DNA from: an uncultured Nitrospiraceae bacterium
GTDB taxonomy: Bacteria > Nitrospirota > Nitrospiria > Nitrospirales > Nitrospiraceae
Direction: 5' to 3'
Length of the DNA stretch: 64,000 nucleotides
NCBI GenBank assembly: GCA_963730935.1
Contig: CAVSTP010000004.1
Coordinates: forward strand, 1,757,091 to 1,821,090
The notes beneath the pieces are model-generated. The model was not told the origin of the DNA and did not search any database. It saw only the letters and a program-made list of their open reading frames with translations. Below are positions 31,945 to 43,429 of the stretch, piece by piece. Position numbers and translations under genes: made by a program. How positions within the stretch are numbered: position 1 is the first letter of the stretch; each line of letters opens with the position of its first letter.

Positions 31945-33339
31945 TTACTTGCCCTTTTCAATATCCTGCATGAGCCGTTGAAACTCCTTGTCGTGGAGAA
32001 TGAGGCGGGACGCGGCACCGATCAGACGGTCAATATGCTCATCGGTAAGATACAACGTGGTCGGAATCTTCATTAGCGACATTCGCTCGTCTGGATCGGC
32101 AATCGCTGCAAGGCTGGCATTAATGAAATAGATGTCGGCGTCGTCCGGGGCAAAAGGGCTGTCAGGATCCCGCTGCTTGGTACGCAGCTCTAGCTGCCAT
32201 TTGGCTACGGCGATTTTCAGGAACTGGATCGTATCAAACGAATAGCGATTGATGGGCGCGTCAACCAGGGTGCTCATGGCCTTGGAAAGGGTCGGAATTT
32301 GATCACTCCGAAATTCCATCACGTCAGGGCTTGTCTCGGCGCTCACCGCCAGGATCACAAACTTCCGGACGTTCTTGACCTGCACGAACTTCAGTAATTG
32401 CTCGAACCCCCCTGCGGCGCCACTTTCCTCCATGATGCCACGGAGCGCGATATTGTCTGACATACCGCCATCGAGCAGATGGATATAGGGGCGCTTCTCA
32501 CCATCAAGGTAGGACAGAAACTCGTTGGCTCGCTGGCCACCTACACCGCCCTTCTTTCTTTCTGGCTCTAGCCACGCCGGCGCCTGATAGCCGCAGTGGC
32601 CCGCATGATTCTTAAACGAAATGGGGCTCAGCACGAGGGGCAGCGCCGCGGACGACGCAGATGCCCAAGCGATCGGCAACTGGCTGAGGTCCGAGCAGAT
32701 GAGATCGAACTGGAATTGGTTAAACTCAAAGCGGGACAGTGTGGCCATGTCGGTAGCGTGGATGACAAGAAAAGGTCGCTGGTGTCGCGCCAGCAGGTCG
32801 GCATAGGTTTTCCGCTCAAACAGCGCTTCATCAAGCATTTCGGCCATGATATGCGCGCGGCCGAAATAGGGAGACCACAGCCGAATCCAATTGCTGGGCG
32901 ACCGCAAGATCCTCGATTTGAGTTCCGATTCCCAGTCCTTGCGTAAAAAACGGTGCTCGAAGTCATGAAAGATCTGATCACCATACAGAGCGTAGTAACC
33001 GGCGGTGAAGGTGCCTCCAGACAAGGCAAACATCGCATCCAGTTCGTCGAGTAACCGCTTCTTCTTACCTTCCCAGGTAATCTGTTGACGAGCCAGCTCA
33101 CGCAACACTCCGAACGCTAGCGTGGAGGCGCGGGTCCCGCCGCCGGAGAAGGAGGCCATGATAAAGAGACCATCGGTGTTGTCGGCCTCGGGCGGGGCCA
33201 AATTGCTGAACCGATAGCCGCCGGCGGGCTCCCACTGCTTCAAGGGTGCATTGAGAGTAGGTCGAACGTATTCGCATCCACAGAGTGTCATGACAAAAAC
33301 AAGGAACCACACGCAAAGGCCAACCACATGATTTTTCAT
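31945..33339 (-). CDS. patatin-like phospholipase family lipoprotein
   Basis: SGGGTRA, ALSGG nucleophile region, HLLDGG, lipobox-like LCGC. Confidence 0.88.
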   Translation of the reverse strand: MKNHVVGLCVWFLVFVMTLCGCEYVRPTLNAPLKQWEPAGGYRFSNLAPPEADNTDGLFIMASFSGGGTRASTLAFGVLRELARQQITWEGKKKRLLDELDAMFALSGGTFTAGYYALYGDQIFHDFEHRFLRKDWESELKSRILRSPSNWIRLWSPYFGRAHIMAEMLDEALFERKTYADLLARHQRPFLVIHATDMATLSRFEFNQFQFDLICSDLSQLPIAWASASSAALPLVLSPISFKNHAGHCGYQAPAWLEPERKKGGVGGQRANEFLSYLDGEKRPYIHLLDGGMSDNIALRGIMEESGAAGGFEQLLKFVQVKNVRKFVILAVSAETSPDVMEFRSDQIPTLSKAMSTLVDAPINRYSFDTIQFLKIAVAKWQLELRTKQRDPDSPFAPDDADIYFINASLAAIADPDERMSLMKIPTTLYLTDEHIDRLIGAASRLILHDKEFQRLMQDIEKGK

Positions 33340-33397
33340 CCGTCCCCCCGTGTCCTCATAGGCACATTTGGTGGCGGCGGCCGCTAGTCGGAATCCT

Positions 33398-33979
33398 TCA
33401 CAGACCGAGCATACCTTTCTGCAGGTCCTCTGAGGGTGGCTTCGGCCCCAGGAAGATAGAGAAGACGGCGTCGCCGAAGCCCTTCCCCGCGAAGACGCCC
33501 AGTTCCTTGCTCCCGACCTGCAGCGCTGTCCCCTTTGCCGGCAGATAGGTAAACGTCACTGTGTCCGCTTCCTTCACGTCGGGGATGAGCGCGAGCATCT
33601 TGTCAAACGCGGCCTTCTGGCCAGGCTTGTCCTTCGCATTCGCCTCGAAGCCTGCCCGCAAGGACTCTATTAGCTGCGCCTTCGTGAGGTCGCGCAGGAA
33701 ATGCATGCGAATGGCTTTCGCCTGGTCGGTCGCCAGGATCGCGCCTGCGTCCTTCGAGGGCGATTCGAGGTAGAGCCCACCCACGTAGACCTTGAACATG
33801 GCCTTTTTCCTGAGGCCCAAACCGTTCAGCTTCAGGGTCATCTCGCCGGACTTGAGCGTGTCAGGCAGCGTTGCACCTGCTAGTTCACCGGCCAGGGCGG
33901 CGGTATCGAGTATCGGCATGACCAACATAAGAATCGGAATGGCGGCGCGGCATAATGTTGTCACGATCCGGACGTTCAT
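33398..33979 (-). CDS. chalcone-isomerase-fold (fatty-acid-binding) protein
   Basis: LKLNGLGLRKKAMFKVYVGGLYL, IFLGPKPPSEDLQKGMLG. Confidence 0.85.
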   Translation of the reverse strand: MNVRIVTTLCRAAIPILMLVMPILDTAALAGELAGATLPDTLKSGEMTLKLNGLGLRKKAMFKVYVGGLYLESPSKDAGAILATDQAKAIRMHFLRDLTKAQLIESLRAGFEANAKDKPGQKAAFDKMLALIPDVKEADTVTFTYLPAKGTALQVGSKELGVFAGKGFGDAVFSIFLGPKPPSEDLQKGMLGL

Positions 33980-34393
33980 GCTTCTGTCCTCCTCAAGATG
34001 GTGGGATGCTCGCCTTAGAGGCAGCGTTTGCGGTTGGCGATCACTATGATCCCCGAGGCGAATTGGACCGAGTCGCAACCCTGTGGCTAGCAAGGCGCCC
34101 AAACGCTACAAAGGCGAATGTTTTGAACTCGACGAGTGGTGCAGACTCACCCGTCTTTATCACCGCAACGTAAACATGCCAACTGTCAAAAATTACAGGC
34201 CGAAACGAGGGGTTGATGTGTGCCCGGTTTTTCACAGACTTTTCATTCACAGACTCTTCAATGGGGAAGAATCCCAGTAAAACCTCGGAAGGGGGATTGC
34301 AAGCAGCTCAAGAAAGAAGAAGCCTGATCGAGAACAGCAGCGCCCCGTCGTGAAAACATACCTGCGTACAGTGCCAGGTGCGCTGTCGTTAGG

Positions 34394-34774
34394 TTACCGT
34401 TTCAACGCCATAAGTGACGACACGAAGAGCGTGCCGAGCACCGCATGGGCAATCCCTGTTCCCCAGAGCAAGAGACCTCCGAGGCCTAGTCCCGCCGCAG
34501 CCCAGATAATGAGCACGGCTGCTAATACATTGTAAGAGGTCATCCCAAGGCTTACCGCCAGACCGCCAGAAGTCGCAGCAGCGTCGCGGGCTTTCAGGCA
34601 GGCCAGCCCCAGCGAGAATGCTCCCGCGCCGAAGAGTCGCGTTACAACCGGAGTCATCGCGTCTACCGGCCCCCCGAACAATATCGTGACCGCCGTTGTC
34701 GGGCTGAGCAGCGTCAGTATTCCTACGAGCGCTTCAAGACTACCGGACAGGGTCAACAAGAGTCTCAACGACAC
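34394..34774 (-). CDS. small 4-TM membrane protein
   Basis: Hydrophobic ORF downstream of the sulfatase; GTG start inferred. Confidence 0.65.
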   Translation of the reverse strand: MSLRLLLTLSGSLEALVGILTLLSPTTAVTILFGGPVDAMTPVVTRLFGAGAFSLGLACLKARDAAATSGGLAVSLGMTSYNVLAAVLIIWAAAGLGLGGLLLWGTGIAHAVLGTLFVSSLMALKR

Positions 34775-34854
34775 CGGGCTCCTCTCTTCGAGATTACACG
34801 AGACACTTCCATGATGCGTGAGCGCCCCGTCCCTCATCAAATCGGCGCTGGGTT

Positions 34855-37344
34855 TTATTCTGCCAGCGCCTTACGAACGGTGGCCTCGCGTAGGACCTGC
34901 TGCTCTGCTTCGGTGTGTGCCGCCTTCATTTCATTGAGGTCGATCGTGACGCTGTGGATCTTGCCAGTGAACTTGTTGTCACGATCCTTGTAGTCTTCCG
35001 TGACCGGCGTGCCCTCGTCCACACCCACGTCAGCGCCCTCATCGCCTGAGAAGAGGCAACACTGCGTGCGCTCGATGCGACCCTCGGCGACTTTCTGGCC
35101 ATTCACGAAGACCGTCCCGATACCGCCCTTTCCCATGCCGGGACCATCGGACGCAAATTCGTACCGAATTGTCGCGTTGCCCGCTGCAAGCGGCTGCGGC
35201 GCTGCAATGTTGAATTGTTGGAGACCGACAAAGTTATAGGTGTAGACCGGCTTGCCGTCCTTGAGGTAAAGACTCCAGCCGCCGAACCGTCCGGCCTGAG
35301 CCAGAATGACGCCATTGGCGCCTTCTTGGGGGATTTCCACTTCAGCGGTGATGGTGTGCGACCGGTTCTTCGTGTTGATGAAGACGTTCTCCGACATCCC
35401 GGTCATTCCCTCATAGACGGTCAGCGACGTGCGCCCGGCCATGAGGTCGGGCCGTCCGGCCGTGGCGGCGTTCATGCGCTCGAGTACCCGATCGTCGATC
35501 GGCAACACATGGTACTTGACCGCTTCCTTCATGAAGAGGCTCTGGAGTTCCTTGAGTTTTGCCGGATTCTTGGCGGCCAGATCGGTTACCAGGCTGAAGT
35601 CTTCCTTTGTGTTGTACAACTCCCACTTGTCGTCACTCAGGAGACTGCGAGGCTTGAATTCCCACGGAGCCCGGTGAATGGTTCCGGCAAACCAGCCATC
35701 CGCATAGATCCCGCGGTTGCCAAGGATCTCGAAGTATTGCACCTGGTGCCGGCTCTTTGCCTTGGCATCGCCAAACGTATAGACCATGCTCACGCCTTCG
35801 ATCGGGGCCTGCTTGGTCCCATTCACGATTTTCGGCTCCGGCAACCCCGCGGCTTCCAGGATCGTCGGCGCAATATCGATGACATGATGGAACTGCGCAC
35901 GCACCCCGCCTTTCGCCATGATGCGTTTGGGCCAGTGGATGACCATGCCGTTGCGGGTACCGCCGAAGTTCGAAGCGACCTGCTTTGTCCAGGTGAACGG
36001 GGTATCGCCCGCCACGGCCCACCCGGCAGCCATATGAGGGAATGACATCGGACCGCCCAGATCATCGTAATGCTTGAGGATGTCCTGAACGGTTTCTTGT
36101 GCTTGATTGAAGTAGGTCATTTCGTTGAAGAGCCCGTTCATCCCGCCCTCGGCGCTCGTGCCGTTGTCGCCGAGGATGTAGAAGATCAGCGTGTTGTCCA
36201 TCTGACCCGTCTGCTCGAGAGCCTGAACCAATCGTCCGATCTCCGTATCCGCGTACTCGCCGAACCCGGCGAAGATCTCCATTTGACGGCTAAACAGTTT
36301 CTTTTCGTCGGCCGAGAGCTTATCCCAATCCTTGATGGCTTCTGGCTTCGGAGCGAGTTTCGTCCCCGGAGGCACAACACCCAGCTTGATCTGCCGGGCC
36401 AGCGTTTCTTCGCGGAATTGGTCCCACCCTCCATCGAATTTGCCCTTATACTTCGCGATCCATTCTTTCGGGACATGATGGGGGGCATGCGTGGCACCCG
36501 GGACGAAGTAGAGGAAGAACGGCTTGGCCGGCGTGAGCGACTTCTGATAGAGCATCCAGTGGATCGCTTGATTCGTCATATCGGTCATGAGGTGGTAGTT
36601 CGGATCGTTCGGCAACTCGACCCTGGCCAGTCCATCATAGAGCGCAGGTGCCCACTGGTTGGCTTCCCCACCGATGAACCCGTAGAACTTGTCGAAGCCG
36701 GACCGGGTCGGCCATCGGTCTGTCGGACCGGATGGGCTGACCTCCCAAGCCGCGGTTTCATGGTTCTTGCCGAAGAAACCCGTGCTGTAGCCGTTGAGCC
36801 GCAGCATCTCGGCGAGCGGCGCCACGTTGTTTGGACGCTGGCCCGTGTTTCCAGGAAACGCCGTCGCAGCCTCCGTGATCGCACCCATGTTGTTCATGTG
36901 GTGGTTCCGACCGCTCAACAGCGAGGCCCTGGTCGGCGAGCAGAGGGCCGTCGTATGGAAATGGTTGTAGCGAAGCCCCCCGTTGCCGAGACGTTCGGCC
37001 GTCGGCATGTGAATGGGTCCGCCGAACGCGCTGGACATGCCAAACCCCATATCGTCGAGCATCACGAGGAGCACGTTCGGCGCGCCCGCCGGTGACTTAA
37101 CCTCAATTCGCGGAGGAGGCGTCGCCTTGCGGGCATCGAATGTGGTGATCGGTTTCAATTTGGGTTCCGGAATGGGCAGCACCGTCCGGTCGATCTTCTC
37201 CGCCGCCTGAGTTTGCGCCGCTAATGAACCCTGGATTCCCGTCGCGAGGATAATGAGCGTGAAGACCGCCACCACCCAACCGACTCTCCGGCATCGACCT
37301 CCAGATCGTCTCCCGCTCCCACCTCTGTGAAAAAATCGATTCAT
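34855..37344 (-). CDS. arylsulfatase (Cys-type formylglycine sulfatase, AtsA-like)
   Basis: PNVLLVMLDDMG, LCSPTRASLLSGRNHH, GKNH, HAPHH, GDNG. Confidence 0.95.
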   Translation of the reverse strand: MNRFFHRGGSGRRSGGRCRRVGWVVAVFTLIILATGIQGSLAAQTQAAEKIDRTVLPIPEPKLKPITTFDARKATPPPRIEVKSPAGAPNVLLVMLDDMGFGMSSAFGGPIHMPTAERLGNGGLRYNHFHTTALCSPTRASLLSGRNHHMNNMGAITEAATAFPGNTGQRPNNVAPLAEMLRLNGYSTGFFGKNHETAAWEVSPSGPTDRWPTRSGFDKFYGFIGGEANQWAPALYDGLARVELPNDPNYHLMTDMTNQAIHWMLYQKSLTPAKPFFLYFVPGATHAPHHVPKEWIAKYKGKFDGGWDQFREETLARQIKLGVVPPGTKLAPKPEAIKDWDKLSADEKKLFSRQMEIFAGFGEYADTEIGRLVQALEQTGQMDNTLIFYILGDNGTSAEGGMNGLFNEMTYFNQAQETVQDILKHYDDLGGPMSFPHMAAGWAVAGDTPFTWTKQVASNFGGTRNGMVIHWPKRIMAKGGVRAQFHHVIDIAPTILEAAGLPEPKIVNGTKQAPIEGVSMVYTFGDAKAKSRHQVQYFEILGNRGIYADGWFAGTIHRAPWEFKPRSLLSDDKWELYNTKEDFSLVTDLAAKNPAKLKELQSLFMKEAVKYHVLPIDDRVLERMNAATAGRPDLMAGRTSLTVYEGMTGMSENVFINTKNRSHTITAEVEIPQEGANGVILAQAGRFGGWSLYLKDGKPVYTYNFVGLQQFNIAAPQPLAAGNATIRYEFASDGPGMGKGGIGTVFVNGQKVAEGRIERTQCCLFSGDEGADVGVDEGTPVTEDYKDRDNKFTGKIHSVTIDLNEMKAAHTEAEQQVLREATVRKALAE

Positions 37345-37641
37345 GATTGCGCTTCCTTTCTCTCATGCCTGTTTTCATTACGCCCGGCTCACTCGGATCG
37401 AGACCATCCGATGTGCGTGGGATCATAGCAGCTTTGCGCACAGGGATGCGTCAGGGAGATTCTGAACTTGCCATGGCAAGACGTAGATCGTTAGGCTTTT
37501 TCTGAGGAGGCACATATGGCCCGCTGTTTGGAGAGTTCGGTCTTGGCTCCGGCATGACTAGTCATGCAGAACGACATTCAGGAGGGAGCTGTGCACCCGT
37601 AAGGTGCCGTTGTAGTCCAGGAAACCCAATTTCCTATTTAT

Positions 37642-37893
37642 TCATAAAGAAATGACCAGAGGCCGTGTCGTGCCGATCATGTCAGCGAGCATGGCTTGAT
37701 TGACATTGGCGATGGTTGTTTGAGGTTTATTCATTTTCCCAAAATTCGCCAATAGCAGCAACCCTCGCCAGCCGATTCTCTCTCGAATAAACATTTGATC
37801 CACTACTCCAGTTTTTATAAGCCACTGAATAATGTTCAAATTGACCTGCGGTTTTTTAGTTCGCTTGTACTTCAGAAGCCCTTGAAAGAGCAT
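37642..37893 (-). pseudogene. degenerate Crp/Fnr regulator HTH fragment
   Basis: LLLLANFGK...NVNQAMLADMIGTTR resembles a Crp C-terminal HTH. Confidence 0.55.
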
Positions 37894-37931
37894 TCCTTCG
37901 AGATTGTCGCCACCTTTGAGCTACCATCGGC

Positions 37932-38191
37932 TAGTCAACATTGAAAGCTTGGTGTCCCCAAGGGGAATATCGGGTATGTACCCACGGCAATTGAGTGCCT
38001 CATCATCCCGTTTTCAGGGGAAATCCGGGTGGCAGCCTGAAGAGGATTCTCCCTAAATGACCTGCGGTTTACGAAATTCCGAGAATCCAACCTCAGACAA
38101 CCTAACCCCACAAGGAACCACAAAAGAGGATGCTTCCGAAGTGGGCGCAGATGAGCCTGGGTTGTCCTGTCCTGGTAGCAGGGTGGTAGCA
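37932..38191 (+). repeat. compound repeat E: att core, 29-aa tail ending AA*, 130-bp arm repeat
   Basis: TAGTCAACATTGAAAGCTTGGTGTCCCCAAGGGGA; 37951-38040 encodes GVPKGNIGYVPTAIECLIIPFSGEIRVAA*; arm repeat 38058-38191. Confidence 0.88.
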
Positions 38192-38420
38192 AAGAAGCAA
38201 GACCAGAGTCGCCCTGGTCAGTCGCACGATTAGGGCGATCTGACCATGCTCGGAAGAGACCATGTGTATGCATAAGAGCGAGCAGGATTCACGACCATGC
38301 CGTCATACCTGGTGAAAATCGCCCTCGATGTAGGAGAATCTTAATCCCTAGGCGCTGTCAGATTTGACAGTTGTGCTCGCTGACTGGTACGCGCTTTACT
38401 AGCACCTTCTTTACAGTTGG

Positions 38421-39656
38421 TTGAGTGGAATGTCTGTAAAGAGATGCAATAAGTCCTTCATGCCTGCCTGGGATGGTTGGCGACAGCTATGGTCCATTGT
38501 CGCGTATGTGGCGTTCACCACTATCGTAGGATGCTCATGGCTTCCGGAAAAAACGGGATTGCTCGAGAAGAGACATCCGGAAACCCGAATCAGCAGTGGC
38601 CAATTGAGATTATGGACCAACGATTTCATCCTCGACTATGCCGACCGGATTGAAGAGGCAGCCGACCGGATCAAGGCACAAGAGCCATCTGCTGAAATCA
38701 AGCGGAACACCCTGTTGTGGAAAATCAATGCAACTCAGGCAGGCTTTCGGGCTGCATCCCAGCGCGATGCCTTGATCGCCTTTGCGGATGTGTGGATACT
38801 CTGCCGTCAAATGACGGTCTTTTTCGAATTAGGCCCGGGAAAAGATTCGTTCGGATCTTCACAGGATATTGCCCTCATCACGGCGAGAGGATTGGAAGCT
38901 CGACTGGAGGAGATTCGAATCGCCATGGTCATGCCTGAAGTAGCAGAGCAGAAGCTACAAGAGGGCCGGGACATTGTCGGAAAGTTCGCCGACGCGCATC
39001 CGTTGAAGAGTCTCTACTTTCAGCGGGCCGTTCTCAGCGGACGCTCTGACTCCCTCGTGATGCCTGATGTCGAAAGTTTCGGAGCCATCGCCTCAGGCTT
39101 GGAACAGGACGTCATAACGCTCCAACGTCTCCTCACTGCCTATATGGAATACATGCCGACAATGGCGCGCTGGCAGGCAGAGTTGATGCTCGCCGACTTT
39201 GATCGTCACGGTCTTGTAACTGATTCTGTGTCCGTTATGAAGGACATGCCGATTCTCGTACGTGACGCGATGAGCAAACAGATTCCCCAGCTGATCTCCA
39301 GTCAAATGACCCGCGCCCTCTCCGCAGTCAGCATGGAACGCGTCAACGCATTGATCGGTCTTGAAGACATGCGGGCTGAGACGCAACAGTTTGTGCAACG
39401 GGAACGGGAGGCTGTCGTCGGTGAGATTGACCGCCAAAGAGTGGCGACGATCCAAGAGGTGAGCGAGGAACGGAAGGCTGCGTTGAAGGAGATACAGGCC
39501 ATTGCTCGCGAGAGCACCGGATCGGCTCTTTCGGTGGGAAAGGAACTGATCGATCACCTCATCCGGAAACTCGCCATGTTAGCGGGTGCCATCGGGCTGT
39601 TTCTTCTCCTCGTTGGTGGGGCCTTAGTGATGTTCATGAGATCGAAAGAACGTTAG
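38421..39656 (+). CDS. hypothetical coiled-coil lipoprotein with C-terminal TM segment
   Basis: IVGC lipobox, helical body, C-terminal hydrophobic segment; start uncertain. Confidence 0.7.
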   Translation: MSGMSVKRCNKSFMPAWDGWRQLWSIVAYVAFTTIVGCSWLPEKTGLLEKRHPETRISSGQLRLWTNDFILDYADRIEEAADRIKAQEPSAEIKRNTLLWKINATQAGFRAASQRDALIAFADVWILCRQMTVFFELGPGKDSFGSSQDIALITARGLEARLEEIRIAMVMPEVAEQKLQEGRDIVGKFADAHPLKSLYFQRAVLSGRSDSLVMPDVESFGAIASGLEQDVITLQRLLTAYMEYMPTMARWQAELMLADFDRHGLVTDSVSVMKDMPILVRDAMSKQIPQLISSQMTRALSAVSMERVNALIGLEDMRAETQQFVQREREAVVGEIDRQRVATIQEVSEERKAALKEIQAIARESTGSALSVGKELIDHLIRKLAMLAGAIGLFLLLVGGALVMFMRSKER

Positions 39657-39726
39657 GCAAAGTCATTTTTTACCTGACCGTCGCAGTCTCTATCCTTTAC
39701 TACTTCCGAGCTTGAAGGAGAAGCCC

Positions 39727-42429
39727 ATGCCGCAAACTGCCGAACACAGTCGATTACAAGATACCGCTCGCAACTGGAAGCGCTGGGGCCCCTATTTAAG
39801 CGAACGTCAGTGGGGCACGGTGCGCGAAGACTATAGCGCTGATGGAAATGCCTGGGACTACTTCACACACGATCAAGCGCGCTCGCGAGCCTATCGCTGG
39901 GGTGAAGATGGCCTGGCGGGATTCTCCGACGACAAGCAGCGGCTCTGTTTTGCGCTTGCCCTCTGGAACGGGAAGGACCCCATTCTCAAAGAACGTCTTT
40001 TCGGACTCACGAATAGCGAAGCCAACCACGGCGAGGATGTCAAAGAATACTACTTCTACCTCGACAGTACGCCGACGCACTCCTACATGAAGTACCTCTA
40101 CAAGTATCCGCAGGCGGCCTACCCCTACGATGACCTCATCAAGACGAATCGGGGGCGCAGTCGAGAAGAGATGGAATATGAACTGCTCGATACCGGCGTG
40201 TTTAATAAGGATCGCTACTTTGATGTCTTCGTGGAGTACGCCAAAGACGGCCCGGAAGACACTCTGGTGCAGATCACCGCGGTCAATCGAGGCCCGGAGC
40301 AGGCCGAACTGCACCTGTTGCCGACCCTGTGGTTCCGCAATGACTGGTCCGCATGGATTGCCGGACATGGCGAGAAACCGCTGCTCAAACAGAGCCAGGG
40401 ACCGAAGGGCGCGAGTGCGATTGCGGCGCAGCATCCCATCTTAGGTACGTACTACCTGTACTGCGACGGCGACGTACCGCTACTCTTTACTGAGAACGAA
40501 ACGAACAATGAGCGGCTTTTTCCTCAATACCCAAATGCGAGCCCGTACGTCAAAGACGGCATCAACAACTATGTGGTCCAGCGTGACCTGAAAGCCGTGA
40601 ATCCCGACCACCAGGGGACAAAGGCATCAGCGCACTACCAGAAGATGGTGGGCCCCGGCCAATCAGTGACGGTGCGCCTGCGCCTCACCAATCAGGCACT
40701 CGCCGTTCCCTTCGGGCCGTGGGTGGACGAAACCTTCGCCGCTCGCCTGCAAGAGGCGGACGAGTTCTATCGATCCGTGACCCCGCCCTCGGTCTCGCCG
40801 GACGCAGCCAACGTGATGCGCCAAGCCCTCGCCGGCATGCTCTGGTCCAAGCAGTTCTACTACTTCGATGCCGATCGCTGGCTGGCGGAACATCATGCCC
40901 ACCCGCTCCATCCTGGCAGGCAGTACTCCAGAAATCAGGAATGGTTCCACATGGTCAACGAGGACATCATCTCGATGCCGGACAAATGGGAATACCCCTG
41001 GTACGCGGCCTGGGATCTGGCCTTCCACACACTGCCGCTTTCGATCGTCGACCCCGACTTCGCGAAGCAGCAGATGCTGCTCATGGTTCAAGGGTTATAC
41101 CTCCATCCCAGCGGGCAGATGCCCGCCTACGAATGGAATTTCAGCGACGTGAACCCCCCGGTCCACGCCTTTGCCACTCTGTTCCTTCATCGCTCAGAGC
41201 AGGGTGTGCACGGCGAGGCAGACGTGGAGTTCCTGAAATCGGCATTTAACAAGTTGTTGCTGAACTTCACCTGGTGGGTGAACCGGAAGGATCGGTTCGG
41301 CAAAAACGTGTTTGAAGGGGGCTTCCTCGGCCTCGACAACATCGGCATTTTCGACCGGAGCGCCCCGCTGCCCACCGGCGGCCACTTGGAGCAGGCGGAC
41401 GGCACGGCCTGGATGGCCTTGTTCAGCCAGAACATGGCCGAGCTGGCGCTGGAGCTTGTTGCCCACGATCCCAGTTACGAGGACATGGTCACGAAATTCC
41501 TCGAGCACAATCTCTATATCGCTGCGGCCATGAACCAGCCAGGGTCGGACGGCATGTGGGACGAAGAGGACGGCTTTTACTACGATCTGCTGCGGCTGCC
41601 TGACGGCAGCGCGCAAAGGCTTAAGGTGCGCTCGATGGTGGGGCTGCTGCCCTTGTGCGCCACGACAGTGACCGAGCCGTGGCAGCGGGAGCTAATTCCG
41701 CGGACCGCCGCCGCGTATCAAGCACGGTTCCGCCAGATGCCGCAACTGCTCACATCCATTCACCCCACGGGCCCAGGGCATTATGGCGTGGGCGAGCGGG
41801 GGATCATGGCCCTCCTGAATCCGGAGCGGCTCCGACGGATCCTCTCGAGGATGCTGGACGAAAACGAGTTCCTGAGTCCCTACGGCATCCGCTCGCTCTC
41901 CAAATTCCACGAGCGGAATCCGTATATTTTACACGTCGGCGGCCAGGAGTACCGGGTGGATTACCTACCGGGCGAATCGAACACCGGCATGTTCGGCGGC
42001 AACTCCAACTGGCGAGGACCGATCTGGATGCCGGTGAACGCCATGATTATCCGGGCGCTCCTCAATTTTTACCTCTACTACGGCGACAATTTCACCATTG
42101 AATGCCCCACTGGGTCCGGCAAGATGATGAACCTCTTCGAGGTCTCCAAGGAGATCGCGGATCGGCTGAGCCGGATCTTCCTGCGTAATGAACAAGGGAA
42201 GCGTCCAGTCTATGGAGGCACGGCACAATTCCAGTCTGACCCACACTGGCGCGACCACCTCCTCTTCTATGAATATTTTCACGGCGACAACGGGGCGGGG
42301 CTGGGCGCGAGCCACCAGACCGGCTGGACTGGCCTCGTGGCCAAACTTATCCAACTCTACGGCCTGCTGGATGGGAAGCGGGCCCTGGAAGGGGGCAAGA
42401 AGGCTGCGTTCAAGAAAGTCAAGGGATGA
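39727..42429 (+). CDS. GH63/MGH1-like glucosidase
   Basis: [66 protein letters not shown]. Confidence 0.92.
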   Translation: MPQTAEHSRLQDTARNWKRWGPYLSERQWGTVREDYSADGNAWDYFTHDQARSRAYRWGEDGLAGFSDDKQRLCFALALWNGKDPILKERLFGLTNSEANHGEDVKEYYFYLDSTPTHSYMKYLYKYPQAAYPYDDLIKTNRGRSREEMEYELLDTGVFNKDRYFDVFVEYAKDGPEDTLVQITAVNRGPEQAELHLLPTLWFRNDWSAWIAGHGEKPLLKQSQGPKGASAIAAQHPILGTYYLYCDGDVPLLFTENETNNERLFPQYPNASPYVKDGINNYVVQRDLKAVNPDHQGTKASAHYQKMVGPGQSVTVRLRLTNQALAVPFGPWVDETFAARLQEADEFYRSVTPPSVSPDAANVMRQALAGMLWSKQFYYFDADRWLAEHHAHPLHPGRQYSRNQEWFHMVNEDIISMPDKWEYPWYAAWDLAFHTLPLSIVDPDFAKQQMLLMVQGLYLHPSGQMPAYEWNFSDVNPPVHAFATLFLHRSEQGVHGEADVEFLKSAFNKLLLNFTWWVNRKDRFGKNVFEGGFLGLDNIGIFDRSAPLPTGGHLEQADGTAWMALFSQNMAELALELVAHDPSYEDMVTKFLEHNLYIAAAMNQPGSDGMWDEEDGFYYDLLRLPDGSAQRLKVRSMVGLLPLCATTVTEPWQRELIPRTAAAYQARFRQMPQLLTSIHPTGPGHYGVGERGIMALLNPERLRRILSRMLDENEFLSPYGIRSLSKFHERNPYILHVGGQEYRVDYLPGESNTGMFGGNSNWRGPIWMPVNAMIIRALLNFYLYYGDNFTIECPTGSGKMMNLFEVSKEIADRLSRIFLRNEQGKRPVYGGTAQFQSDPHWRDHLLFYEYFHGDNGAGLGASHQTGWTGLVAKLIQLYGLLDGKRALEGGKKAAFKKVKG

Positions 42430-42503
42430 ACGCTTGGCAGAAATATCCCGTCATCTATGAGGTCAACACCTGGGTCGTGTTGAGTGTGTTGAGCCGGAGG
42501 TAA
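42426..42503 (+). pseudogene. N-terminal stub of an alpha-amylase-family gene
   Basis: [17 protein letters not shown], coupled to the GH63 stop, ends after 25 aa. Confidence 0.55.
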
Positions 42504-42505
42504 AC

Positions 42506-42889
42506 ATGGTTTCTCCCAAGAGACTTCAGCTGCTTTGGTTCTTTTCGAGCGTGATCATCCTTGCGGGCTGTGGAGAATTAGCCGTACAGGATACGACGAG
42601 TCTGTTTTTCCCCGGCTTTCAAAGGTCTGAAGTCGTCGGCTTTGTGGCGGGATTAGGAACGACCTTTGCCGCTCTGCCGGATTTGATCGGGATGCTCAAG
42701 CGGAGGTCAAGCAAAGGCATGAATCCGAGGATGGCTGCCATTATGGGGACGTTCCAAATCGTCTGGGTCTACTATGGGTTACTGATCGCTTCAAGACCCG
42801 TGATCGTGTGGAATATGGTCGCCGTGGTAATCAATGGGATTGCCGTCGGCGCCTACTTCTATTTTGCGCAGCGCCAAACGGCATTGTAA
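42506..42889 (+). CDS. SemiSWEET/PQ-loop family transporter
   Basis: VGFVAGLGTTFAALP, WVYYGLLIASRPVIVWN. Confidence 0.8.
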   Translation: MVSPKRLQLLWFFSSVIILAGCGELAVQDTTSLFFPGFQRSEVVGFVAGLGTTFAALPDLIGMLKRRSSKGMNPRMAAIMGTFQIVWVYYGLLIASRPVIVWNMVAVVINGIAVGAYFYFAQRQTAL

Positions 42890-43002
42890 CGAGTAGGTAG
42901 TTAGGGGACGTATACCCCAGACCATGGTTAGGTTTTCGATGACTTTGACGTATCCTCCGCCTGTCCCAAAACAAATCTTAATTGAAATGTGGATAGCATG
43001 AA

Positions 43003-43290
43003 GTGATGGACGGGTATGACAACTCAGCCAGCAGACGGCGCTTTGCCACAGGATTCTTCAGCACAATCCTGCTCGTCCTGCTCGCCAGCACGACTTCGAT
43101 CATAGACACTGTGGCGTGGGCGAATGGTGAACTCCCTGATGCCCTGCGCAACATGACCTTGGACAGGCAATTTCTAGCCGATTTGGCGGCGATCAGGGCA
43201 TGGCGTCGGGAAGGCGGTCGTCTGCATATGGATCTCACGGGTGGCGGGACGATGGTTTTCACGGCAGCGAGCCGTGAGCAAGCCTATTGA
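43003..43290 (+). pseudogene. signal peptide fused to a META-domain-like C-terminus (internal deletion?)
   Basis: LDRQFLADLAAIRAWRREGGRLHMDLTGGGTMVF resembles the end of META/HslJ domains. Confidence 0.4.
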
Positions 43291-43429
43291 AGGGAAAGTA
43301 AGAAAGCAGTCTTGACAGCGGTTTATTAGTCCCCTCCCCTTCCTGATTATTCAGAGGACAAGAGCAGTTATAGGTACCTGCTACCTTACGGCTACCAGGA
43401 TGGAAGGGTTCAGAGAATTCCGGAATACA

